NCBI GenBank assembly: GCA_963729955.1
Contig: CAVSQA010000028.1
Location: forward strand, 216,755-280,754
Direction: 5' to 3'
DNA from: an uncultured Gemmatimonadales bacterium
GTDB taxonomy: Bacteria; Gemmatimonadota; Gemmatimonadetes; Gemmatimonadales; JACORV01
DNA: 64,000 nucleotides
Shown: positions 55,844 to 64,000 of the stretch, piece by piece
Position numbering within the stretch: position 1 is the first letter of the stretch
How the letters are laid out: the number at the start of each line of letters is the position of its first letter
Program-made: the position numbers and the translations under genes
The notes under the pieces: model-generated
Databases searched by the model: none
What the model was told of the DNA's origin: nothing
Seen by the model: the letters and a program-made list of their open reading frames with translations, nothing else

Positions 55844-55930
55844 GGCCCTCGTATCCGTCAGAGCGGGCAGCGGGAGCCATCATCCGATGGCATCGTGTAG
55901 CCTAACGCGTTGGGGGGCTTGGAGATCGCC

Positions 55931-56386
55931 GTGGCCACCGAGCTGAGCAGCGGAGCAATCTCCAGTATTCTCGAGTCGGTTCCCGGCATCGCGCACGTGC
56001 TGCGGAGTCCCGTCGCTGACGCGATGGTGAATCTCTCGCGCGCCGCTGCCGGAGTCGGGCCCTTTCGCATCCAGGATGCCCGGGAGTTGATCCGATACGC
56101 CGTGCGGCGAGGGCTCATCGGGAGTGACGAGGGCGACCGAGTGACAGCCGAGGTCGAGGGTGCGGCCGCCGTGAAGGCCGAGAAGGCGGCGACGCGCAAG
56201 GCCGCGCGCGAGGAGCGGAAGCGGGTGGCTGGGCGACCGACCCGGAGCCACGGGCATCCAGCGGGCGGGGTGGCGCCAGCGCGGAAACACCAGGCCGGCT
56301 CGAAGGCCGCCGGGCGGCCCGCCGCGAGGGCGAAGCGCTCGGCCCACGCGAAGAAGCCTGGCGCGCACGGGAAGCCGCGGCGCTAG
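55931..56386 (+). CDS. Hypothetical protein with Lys/Arg/Ala-rich histone H1-like tail
   Basis: GGAG RBS before GTG; helical N-terminal domain and basic low-complexity C-terminus. Confidence 0.65.
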   Translation: MATELSSGAISSILESVPGIAHVLRSPVADAMVNLSRAAAGVGPFRIQDARELIRYAVRRGLIGSDEGDRVTAEVEGAAAVKAEKAATRKAAREERKRVAGRPTRSHGHPAGGVAPARKHQAGSKAAGRPAARAKRSAHAKKPGAHGKPRR

Positions 56387-56391
56387 GCGCT

Positions 56392-56592
56392 ACGGCGCGG
56401 CCTGAGCACGACCATCTTCCGGCCTGCTGGAAGCCTGGCGGAACGGACGGGTGACGCGCGGTGGGTACGATCCGCACACGAGCGGTGGCCCGGTCCCGGG
56501 TAGCATCCGCTGGGCGGGACCCACCGCGCGTCGCGCCTAAGGTAGTCTGACGCTGCTCCCCCTCGCAGCCCGAGCGTTGCGGCCCGCGCCGT
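56392..56592. other. Structured intergenic element (rod-like, candidate sRNA)
   Basis: 16 bp inner stem 56451-56466/56519-56534 and 9 bp outer stem 56392-56400/56584-56592. Confidence 0.4.
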
Positions 56593-56666
56593 CCTGTTGC
56601 CGCGCGGTGGCGGCCGGCGCGCGCGACGGTTACACTCACCGAGACGTCGATCGTCGAGGTGCTTCC

Positions 56667-57536
56667 ATGATGCGCTGCTCGATCGTGCTCGCGACCCTTC
56701 TTGCCACCGGCGGTGCGCTGAGTCCTCTGTGGGCACAGAAGACTCCGCCCACGGCAACCCAGCACCCGCAGGCGCAGCCGGCCACCACGCCATCCACGGG
56801 AGGCAAACTGCCGCCCGGCGTGGGGGCCCCGCGGCCGGCGGCCGCACAGCCGACGGCCACGCAGCCGTCTCCCGCGTCCGCTCCCACGGTCGTTCGGCCG
56901 ACGGCACCGGTTGCTCCTCAAGCGGCCCGGCCCTCGTCCAGCACGACGGCGGCGACCTACACCGCCGGCCTCGCCATGCCCCCGTACACCGGTACGACGT
57001 CCGAAGAGGCGTGGGAGTACGCGGCTCGGCTGGGCCGCATGCTGGACTCGACGATCGTGACGCTGGTGGGGACATTCCGGAATACCTCGGGACAGCCGAT
57101 GATCGGGGCCAGCAGTCCGGCGACGTTGTCGCGGCGTGAGCAGGACCGCTGGGTGCGCTGCCGGAACCTGTACTGGGATCTCACGACGTATGCTGCGGCG
57201 GTGGGGACACTGCGTCAGTCGCTCGGGTCGGATCCCGCTCTCCAGCGCGCGGCCGCGGACCTCGACTCGGCGTTCAGCAAGAGCGTGGCGACCGCGGAGT
57301 GTGACAACGTCGCCAGCATGATTGCGGCGCCGGAGCGGTGGACGCCCTGGCAGGACCAGTACGAAGCGTCCGCACGCCACTTCTATCGTGATTTCTATCC
57401 GCAGGTCCGCGAAGTGCACGAGAAGGACCGGGCGCTCATGAGCGAGCTGAACCGGTTCCTGCCGGCGGCGCACCGCGCGCCACCTCCGCCCGGACTGCCG
57501 ACGAACCCGCCTTACGCCGGTGCCGCCCCGAATTGA
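56667..57536 (+). CDS. Hypothetical secreted protein with Pro/Thr/Ala linker and helical domain
   Basis: GAGG RBS, signal peptide, two Cys residues. Confidence 0.7.
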   Translation: MMRCSIVLATLLATGGALSPLWAQKTPPTATQHPQAQPATTPSTGGKLPPGVGAPRPAAAQPTATQPSPASAPTVVRPTAPVAPQAARPSSSTTAATYTAGLAMPPYTGTTSEEAWEYAARLGRMLDSTIVTLVGTFRNTSGQPMIGASSPATLSRREQDRWVRCRNLYWDLTTYAAAVGTLRQSLGSDPALQRAAADLDSAFSKSVATAECDNVASMIAAPERWTPWQDQYEASARHFYRDFYPQVREVHEKDRALMSELNRFLPAAHRAPPPPGLPTNPPYAGAAPN

Positions 57537-57737
57537 CGCAGGCGTGGGTCCCGGTGTGTCGGGCAACTCCCGACCACCGGAGTTACGGCGGCGGGCGGCC
57601 AGGCGAAGACTCCACACTTCGCGGCAATCCACATGTCGACATCGTGGGGAAACTTCGCGGAACCCGTTTGGCACCCTGGGGTTGGCGTCCACATTTCGCG
57701 CACATCGGAATGTTGTAACCCGAAGCAAATCCGGCAC

Positions 57738-57765
57738 TTGCAGGTCTCACGGCGAAGCGTATATT
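57738..57765 (+). promoter_or_regulatory. sigma70-type promoter of the candidate ncRNA
   Basis: TTGCAG-16 nt-TATATT, with no + strand gene downstream. Confidence 0.55.
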
Positions 57766-57771
57766 CGCGGC

Positions 57772-58192
57772 GTCGTCAGTGGGGAAGGGATCGGGCCCTG
57801 CTCGGTCCACGCCTGCTGATGGGCCCGAGCGGCAGCTTGGGGGAGGGCGCCAATGCAAACAAGGGCACAGGCGCCTGTCGATCCCAGGGCACCCGCTGAC
57901 TTGGGCAGGTGAGGCCAATCGCGCGCCTCACCCACTTCGCCGTGGCGCAGCGGGGTGCTCTTCGAGAGGTCGGTACGCGATCCGGCCGGACTCGAAGCGC
58001 TCGGGGTGGTGAACCATGTGGCGCGGCCACGCTGCGTGGGGATGGAAGCCGGAGCTTTCGGCGGCCCTACCGGGAACCTGACAACAGACAACCGGTGGCC
58101 GTGGAAAGAAAAACGAGGGAGCGATCCCTCGGCTCCGGGTAACCGCTTCGGCGACGGCCCGTCTGGGGAGACCCAGGCGGGCCGTCGTGTTT
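57772..58192 (+). ncRNA. Candidate large structured non-coding RNA of unrecognised family
   Basis: About 10 nested helices, GNRA-capped hairpins, upstream promoter and terminal 16 bp hairpin; no credible ORF. Confidence 0.55.
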
Positions 58193-58236
58193 CCACACCT
58201 GCCACCGTGCCGCGCGGCGAGCGTACGCCGCGGCGG

Positions 58237-58875
58237 CTAGTCCTCCCGGGAGCTGCCCAGCTCGACGTACGCCCAGCCTCGACTGCGGCGATCGGCGAGG
58301 GTCGTCGGAGGAAAGAGAAACCCGGCGCCGGTGGTGGCGAACCAGGCGGCGTGGAGATGGTCGCCGCCCTCGGGGACGGGTCCCTGGAACAACGCCAGCA
58401 GCCAGCGCCGGACGTGATCCAGCTCGGGCGCGCGCGCCGCGAAGAGCGCGAGCAGCGCTCCGCGCCCTTGTGAGGTCACGAGGAAATGGGCGATGGCGTT
58501 CCATCGCTCGGAGAACTCGTAGCCCAGCACGTACGCCTCGTCCACCACCGGAGTGCCGTCAACCGGGGTCTTCTGCGGCGCCTCGATGCGGGGGCCCAGG
58601 AACCGGTAGACCGGTTTCCCGTCGACCAGGCGCTCGATCACGGCCACGCCCGTCTCCGCCGCGAACCAGGCCGCGTGCAGGCGGTCGGAGGGCTGGAACA
58701 GCCCCGTCTCGCCCGTCCACTGAAGGGCGGCCAGGGCGTGGTAGAGCGGGCACCCCGCGCTGTCGTCCACGGTGATGAGCCGCGGCGCGCGTCCGGCCGC
58801 CTTGAGGAAGGCGGCGAGCGCATCCGAGCGCTCGGCGAACTCCTGGGTGGCGCGCCGGTCCGGGGCTGGAGACAT
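58237..58875 (-). CDS. Hypothetical protein with internal duplication
   Basis: DRLHAAWFA and DHLHAAWFA repeats; directly follows hpt. Confidence 0.7.
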   Translation of the reverse strand: MSPAPDRRATQEFAERSDALAAFLKAAGRAPRLITVDDSAGCPLYHALAALQWTGETGLFQPSDRLHAAWFAAETGVAVIERLVDGKPVYRFLGPRIEAPQKTPVDGTPVVDEAYVLGYEFSERWNAIAHFLVTSQGRGALLALFAARAPELDHVRRWLLALFQGPVPEGGDHLHAAWFATTGAGFLFPPTTLADRRSRGWAYVELGSSRED

Positions 58876-58879
58876 CCGG

Positions 58880-59413
58880 TTACCTCGTTCCTTCCACCAC
58901 GTAGATGGCGTCGAGCTCGCGGAAGCGCTCGGCGCAGTCGATGCCGTAGCCCGCCACGAACGCGTCGGTTTCGAGCTCGAACCCCACCAGATCCAGCGTG
59001 GGCGGAAGGCGCCGTTTCGGCGCCCGCCTGAGCAGCGCGACGGTCGTGATGGATGCGGGGTGATGGCTGTCGAGAGCTTGCCGCAGGCGGGCGAGGGTCC
59101 CCCCCGTGTCGACGATGTCGTCCACCACGATCACGTCGCGGCCCTGCAGGGGCAGCTCGACATCCTTGATGAAACGGATCTCCCCGGGCGTGGTGCCCGC
59201 GCCGTAGGAGGCGATGCGCACGAAGTCCACGGCGACGGGGACCGTCAGGCGGCGAAGCAGGTCGGCGAGAAACACGGTCGCGCCCTTGAGCACCGCCACG
59301 ACCACGGGCGACCGGCCCGCGAATCGCGCGTTCAGCTCAGCCCCGAGGTCGCTTACCCGGGCGGCGATCGCGTCGCGCGACAGGAGCATCCTGCCCAGCC
59401 GCCAGTCGGTCAC
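58880..59413 (-). CDS. hpt: Hypoxanthine phosphoribosyltransferase
   Basis: VLKGA, ASYG, VIVVDDIVDTGGTL, FVAGYGID. Confidence 0.9.
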   Translation of the reverse strand: MTDWRLGRMLLSRDAIAARVSDLGAELNARFAGRSPVVVAVLKGATVFLADLLRRLTVPVAVDFVRIASYGAGTTPGEIRFIKDVELPLQGRDVIVVDDIVDTGGTLARLRQALDSHHPASITTVALLRRAPKRRLPPTLDLVGFELETDAFVAGYGIDCAERFRELDAIYVVEGTR

Positions 59414-60376
59414 GAGGGGCCGCGGTAGATGCGGCGCCGGTCGAGCGACCAGATGGGCCTGGAGACCGGCTCGCCCTCTCCGAAATTGGCGGCCGCCTTG
59501 AGCGCGGCGGCGAAGTTGGCCGTGGCGGCGGATGCGCTGTCGGCGTAGTGCAGCACCTCGGCCTCGAGTGTCATGGGGCGCACCGGGCTGCCGAACTCCA
59601 GCTCGCCGTGGTGCGACAGCACCATGTGCTGGAGCAGCAGGCGCTCACTGTCACCGACCACCGGCTGCTCCGGCTCGTCGAGACGGCGGTCGAGCATCAG
59701 CGATCCCAGCACCACGTGGCCGAGGAGGCTCCCGGCCTCCGTCATCTCGAACAGTCCATCCCAGCGGTAGGCCTCGAGCTTCCCGATGTCGTGGAGCAGC
59801 ACCCCGGCCAGGACCAGGTCCCAGGCGGCGCCGCACACCTTGGTGGTCTGCCGCGCGATGGCGCCGACCTCGACCGTGTGCTTGAGGAGGCCGCCGAGCT
59901 CGGCGTGGTGGTTGGTGAGCGACGCGGGGCATCGCTCGTACTGCGCCCGGAAATCCGGATCGTCGTAGAACAGGGCCACGGCCCGCCGCCACGGGCCGTC
60001 GGCCAGCTCGGTCCGCCACTTCTCGAGCGTGCTCCACCACGGGGCCACGTCGCCCACCGACGGCAGTAGTCGCGACCAGTCGACCAGCTCGCGCGGCACG
60101 GGGCGAACGCTCGACACCTTGAGTTGCCGGTCCGTGCGGTACATGCCCAGCTCGCCGATCACGCTGATCACGGCGCCCTTCTGGATCCCCTCGACCTTGT
60201 GAAGGTCGGACGCCCAGAAGGGCGCCGTCTTCACCCGGCCCGTGCTGTTGGCGAGCGTGAGAATGACGTAGGGATTCCCGTCGCTCTGGGTCCGCTGCTC
60301 CACGTCCCACACGAGGAGCGGTTCCTCGACGTGGGCGCCGACGGCGAGATCGGGAAGCGAGACTGGGCGCGGGCAT
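59410..60376 (-). CDS. yhaM: YhaM-like OB-fold plus HD 3'-5' exoribonuclease (apparent extra C just after the ATG)
   Basis: HHAELGGLLKH, LLHDIGK, GH, SHHGELEFGSP, LHYAD. Confidence 0.85.
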
Positions 60377-60393
60377 GCGGGGAATAATACAGC

Positions 60394-60471
60394 GGGGTTA
60401 GGGGCTAGGGGTTAGGGGCTGGGGAGTGCGAGCTGGCGGATTCCCTACACCCCTACGTCCCCAGCCCCTAA
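60394..60471. repeat. Heptamer G-tract repeat and its inverted counterpart
   Basis: GGGGTTA-GGGGCTA-GGGGTTA-GGGGCT-GGGG followed by CCCTA-CACCCCTA-CGTCCCCA-GCCCCTAA. Confidence 0.75.
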
Positions 60472-61956
60472 CGACCCTCTCTTCGGCGGCTCGTTCAACC
60501 GATACAACGACCCGTCCACCTCCGCCGCCGGCGTCATACGATGCAGCGTCGTCTCAGGCGCCGGCAACAGATGGGCGATCGAGTTGGCGTAGTACTCGAG
60601 CAGCGGCCGCTGCCGCGGCATGACCGCGACCGTGGACCCCGACACCAGCACGATGCGCCGCATCCGGAACATCCGCCGCGCGTTCGCCCAGGTCGTCTCG
60701 ATCGACCGGTCGGCCCGCACGACCTTGGCGTTGACCTCGAGGAGCCGATCCCGCATGTCCCCCATCCGCTCGAGCAGCTCCGGCAAGGTGACCGCGTGCC
60801 GCTCGAAGGAGAGGAGCGCGGCGGAGGCCAGCGCCACGGCCGTCACCGGCACGATCGCGCGGACGCGCTCCATCGCGTCGTCGGCCAGGCGTTGGATGTG
60901 CGGGAGGCGCGCCTCCCTCGGCAGGGCGAGCACGTCGGTCGCTTGCGCGGCGAGCCAACCCTTGAGCGAGAGCGGCGTGCCGAAGTTCACCGCCGCGCGG
61001 CCGTAGCGCTTCAGGCGCCCCGTCACGAACCGCGCCGCGTTCAGGCCCAGGTACTGAAGAACGCTCCAGGCCTGCCGCGGGCGCGACAGCCGCAGCTCGG
61101 GATCGAGGCACTCCTGGATGAGGACCCGGTCCTCGAGCGTGCGATCGTAGTTGAGGGCGACCGGGACGAACCAGATATCGCGGTCGAAGGCCTCCTCCCG
61201 CAGCGTCCCGACGATGTAGTCCAGGAGCCCGATCTTGGCCGGCCGGAGCCTCCCGTCCCGCGACAGCCCGCCCTCGGGGAAGAGCCCCTGGGTGACGCCG
61301 TGGCGGGTGATGAGCTGCACATACCGCTCGAGCACGGCGTGGTAGAGCGGCTCGCGGTAGCGGCGCCGGATGAAATACGAGCCGAACGACTTGAAGATCG
61401 TCTCCAGCGGCCAGACCCGGGCCCACTCGCCCACGGCGTAGCTCAGCGCCACGCCACGAGCCAGCACGAAGGCCACGACCACGTAGTCGGCGTTGGAGCG
61501 GTGGTTCATCAGGTAGACCACGACGTCGCGCCGGGGAATGCGCTCCAGGGCCGCCTCGTCCTGGTAGTCCACGGTCACCTTGTAGAGCACGTTCAGGGTG
61601 GCCTTGGCGAGGTTGTAGCCGAGCCGGTAGTAGGAGAGCACGTTGAAGAACGGCAGGATCTCGTCGATGTACCGTTCGACCCGCACGCGCACTTCGAGCT
61701 CGGTGAGCTTCTGGTGCCGACGGTGATCCCGCATCGCGCCCACCACGACGGGGTCGAGGATCAGCTCGTCGTGGATGGCGCGGCGGGAGACCAGCTTGTA
61801 GCGCGCAATGCGGGCCTGGAAGTCGAGGACGGTGCCGCGCGCCCAGCGGCGCATCCGGGCGCGAAGCACGGCCGTGGCCTGCCGGGTGAGCCACAGCACG
61901 AGGCCGGCCGCCAGCAGGGCGGCGACACCGAACAGGAGCCAACCGAGGGAGGTCAC
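60445..61956 (-). CDS. Glycerol-3-phosphate acyltransferase (PlsB-like)
   Basis: NHRSNAD (HxxxxD), FIRR, FPEGGLSRDG. Confidence 0.85.
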   Translation of the reverse strand: MTSLGWLLFGVAALLAAGLVLWLTRQATAVLRARMRRWARGTVLDFQARIARYKLVSRRAIHDELILDPVVVGAMRDHRRHQKLTELEVRVRVERYIDEILPFFNVLSYYRLGYNLAKATLNVLYKVTVDYQDEAALERIPRRDVVVYLMNHRSNADYVVVAFVLARGVALSYAVGEWARVWPLETIFKSFGSYFIRRRYREPLYHAVLERYVQLITRHGVTQGLFPEGGLSRDGRLRPAKIGLLDYIVGTLREEAFDRDIWFVPVALNYDRTLEDRVLIQECLDPELRLSRPRQAWSVLQYLGLNAARFVTGRLKRYGRAAVNFGTPLSLKGWLAAQATDVLALPREARLPHIQRLADDAMERVRAIVPVTAVALASAALLSFERHAVTLPELLERMGDMRDRLLEVNAKVVRADRSIETTWANARRMFRMRRIVLVSGSTVAVMPRQRPLLEYYANSIAHLLPAPETTLHRMTPAAEVDGSLYRLNEPPKRGSLGAGDVGV

Positions 61957-61974
61957 CGGCCGCGCGCCGCGCGG

Positions 61975-62999
61975 TCAGGTCGCGGGCAGCTGACCTGACG
62001 CCTTGAGCTGCTGAAACGCCATGCCCTTGAGGCGGGTGATCCGCATCGCCATCGGAGGGTGGGTCGCGAGCAGGTCGGCCAGGCGCCCCTCTTTCAGGTT
62101 GACGTCGCGCCCGAGCGGGTCCGCGATGCACAGGTGCGCGGCGCCTTCCTTGATGTGCGTGGTCGGGGCCTCGTGCGATTCGATCTTCTCGAGCGCCGAA
62201 GCTAGAGCCGCGGGATTGCGGGTGAGCTCGGCGCCGGTGGCGTCCGCCAGATACTCGCGGTCGCGCGAGACCGCCATCGCCATGATGCGTGAGATGATGG
62301 GCGCCAGGATCAGGGTGATGACCCACAGGACGAACACGATCAGCGCCGCGATGGCGAGGCCCCGCCGCCCTTGCGCCCCTTCCCGCCGAGCAGGCCGCCG
62401 CCCCCGCGCAGCATCCGGCCCATCCCGTTCGACAGCACGACGATCACTCCCACCAGCGCGGCGATGAGGGTCATCAGCCGCACGTCGAGGTTGCGCACGT
62501 GCCCCATTTCGTGCGCGATCACGGCCTGCAGCTCCTCGCGATTGACGGCGGCGAGGAGCCCCGTGGTCACGGCGATGCAGGAGGTGGCGGCGTCGCGGCC
62601 CGTGGTGAAGGCGTTGGGGTCCGGGTCGTCCACGACGTACACCTTGGGCTTCGGCAGCCCCGCCGCGATGGCCATCTCCTCCACCACGTTGACCAGCTGC
62701 TTCTCCTCGAACGTCTGCGGCGCGGTCAGCTCCCGCGCGCCCGTGGACCACAGCACCTGCTGTGGCCCCTTCCGCCACGACACCCAGGCGACGATCGCGG
62801 CGATGGTGGTGACCACGATGCCGATCCACGGAAACCGGTACGCCACCTGGCCCTCGGTGCGGGATGCCGCGGCCAGGTACAGCGCGAGGTCGCCGCCGAA
62901 GCCGAGCCAGGCGAAGAACAGGATGAACAGCACCAGCCACGCCACCGTGAGCCGGCGGTTCTTGGCCTGCTGCTCGAAGAGGTTCGGGCCCGCGGTCAC
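61975..62999 (-). CDS. htpX: M48 family Zn metalloprotease HtpX (apparent frameshift near 62360)
   Basis: PNAF, AHEMGH, SRDREYLAD, LASALEKI, THPP. Confidence 0.88.
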
Positions 63000-63571
63000 C
63001 CTTGCGGCTTCTTCAGCGAGAGGTCCACGGCCGGCACGGCGCGCTCCGCCTTGTCCTCGATCTCCCACAGTTCGGCGATCTCGGCCTTGGCGAGGCCCGC
63101 CACCAGATTGGTCGGGAACTGCTGCTGCTTGGTGTTGTAGCCGGTCGCGACGTCGTTGTAGAGCTGCCGGGCGAACGCGATCTTGTTCTCGGTGGTGGCC
63201 AGCTCCTCCTGCAGATCGCGCACGTTCTGCGACGACTTGAGGTCGGGATAGTGCTCCATCACCACGAACAGCTTGCCCAGGGCGCCGGTCAGCATGCCCT
63301 CCGCCGCGGCCGTCTCCTTGACGCCCCCCCCGCCCGCCATGGCCTTCGAACGGGCATCGACCACGGCCTGCAGGGTGTCCTTCTCGAACTCCATCGAGCC
63401 CTTGACGGTGTTGACCAGGTTGGGGATCAGGTCGTGCCGCCGCTTGAGCTGCACGTCGATCTGCTTCCAGGCGTTCACCGTCTGGTTCTTGAGTGCGATG
63501 AGGCCGTTGTAGGCGCTCACGACCCACAGGACGATGACGACGAGGATGACGAGGAAGACGATTGCGCCCAT
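62996..63571 (-). CDS. lemA: LemA family protein
   Basis: YNGL, IDVQLKRRHDLIPNLV, YPDLKS, ENKIAFARQLYN. Confidence 0.95.
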   Translation of the reverse strand: MGAIVFLVILVVIVLWVVSAYNGLIALKNQTVNAWKQIDVQLKRRHDLIPNLVNTVKGSMEFEKDTLQAVVDARSKAMAGGGGVKETAAAEGMLTGALGKLFVVMEHYPDLKSSQNVRDLQEELATTENKIAFARQLYNDVATGYNTKQQQFPTNLVAGLAKAEIAELWEIEDKAERAVPAVDLSLKKPQG

Positions 63572-63662
63572 AACGCCGTGCTCTCCAGGTAGGTTCCGGC
63601 CAATGTGGTGCCGGGCGGCGATGCTGGCAAGAGAGCCGCAGCAGGGCTATGCTCCCGGCGTC

Positions 63663-64000
63663 GTGAACGGTGCTCTGGAGGAGGGGCTGACGGTAAAGCG
63701 AACGGAGGTACCCAGGATCAGGCCTCAGGGCTTCCGGGTTCTGGCCTGCGCCCTGCTGGGCATCGGCGCGTCGGCGACCGCGCGCGGGCCGGCCTGGGCG
63801 CAGGGGGCGCCCGACATCACGGTCGTGGCGACCCGCGCCTTCCGGCCGACCGCGGTGCTCCTGCCGCATTTCCAGTTCTGGGTGGCGACCGATAGCGCGG
63901 CCGGCGGCGTCGTGCTGCGGGACGTCACGATCAACCCCGTGACGTTCACGGGGTGGATCCGGGTGGAGGGAGCCCACCCCGGCGAGCGAGCGCCCGAGGT
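63663..64000 (+). CDS. Partial exported protein running off the window (start uncertain)
   Basis: Open frame with signal-like FRVLACALLGIGASATARGPAWAQ. Confidence 0.4.
   Translation, partial: MNGALEEGLTVKRTEVPRIRPQGFRVLACALLGIGASATARGPAWAQGAPDITVVATRAFRPTAVLLPHFQFWVATDSAAGGVVLRDVTINPVTFTGWIRVEGAHPGERAPE

Noticed and set aside
55845-55930. SAM-I-like leader (ATC...AGAG...GGGA)
   Set aside because: Lacks the GGCCC, GCAACC and GTGC core elements, and the downstream gene is unrelated to sulfur metabolism
57772-58192. tmRNA, second RNase P RNA, group II intron or cobalamin riboswitch identity
   Set aside because: No tRNA-like ends or T-loop, no GAGGAAAGUCC/CGGCUUA pair, no domain V, no B12 box, and no downstream gene; formal exclusion still needs Rfam
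57955-58473. 172 aa + strand ORF and other short ORFs over the candidate ncRNA
   Set aside because: No RBS or recognisable motif, low-complexity translation, overlap with the real minus-strand gene, and a path through the terminator-like hairpin

Overview
A GC-rich, densely coding 64 kb bacterial chromosome segment containing the replication origin: rnpB, mtgA, dnaN-oriC-dnaA, then rpmH-rnpA-yidD-yidC. Gene content and style suggest Gemmatimonadota (inference). The rest is mostly housekeeping and envelope genes: ddl, cystathionine beta-synthase, mutS, holA, an ECF sigma/anti-sigma pair, upp, tRNA-Phe, a GH15-pgl-glk-HAD-zwf sugar operon, rpiA, slt, lepB, infA, hpt, yhaM, plsB-like, htpX and lemA. 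I found no CRISPR array, transposase or prophage. About 17-18 single-base frameshifts, two of them in essential dnaN, point to uncorrected assembly indels rather than true pseudogenes. The main unexplained signal is non-coding: a free-standing, extensively base-paired element of about 420 nt at 57772-58192 with its own sigma70-like promoter, an upstream repeat array and a terminal hairpin. It matches no RNA family I recognise by eye. Other observations are a second rod-like structured element of about 200 nt (56392-56592), a perfect Rex operator before a blue-copper protein gene, a decayed gnd remnant fused to the zwf start, a readable oriC unwinding module, and a G-quadruplex-like heptamer repeat. 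All calls are by eye and no database searches were run.
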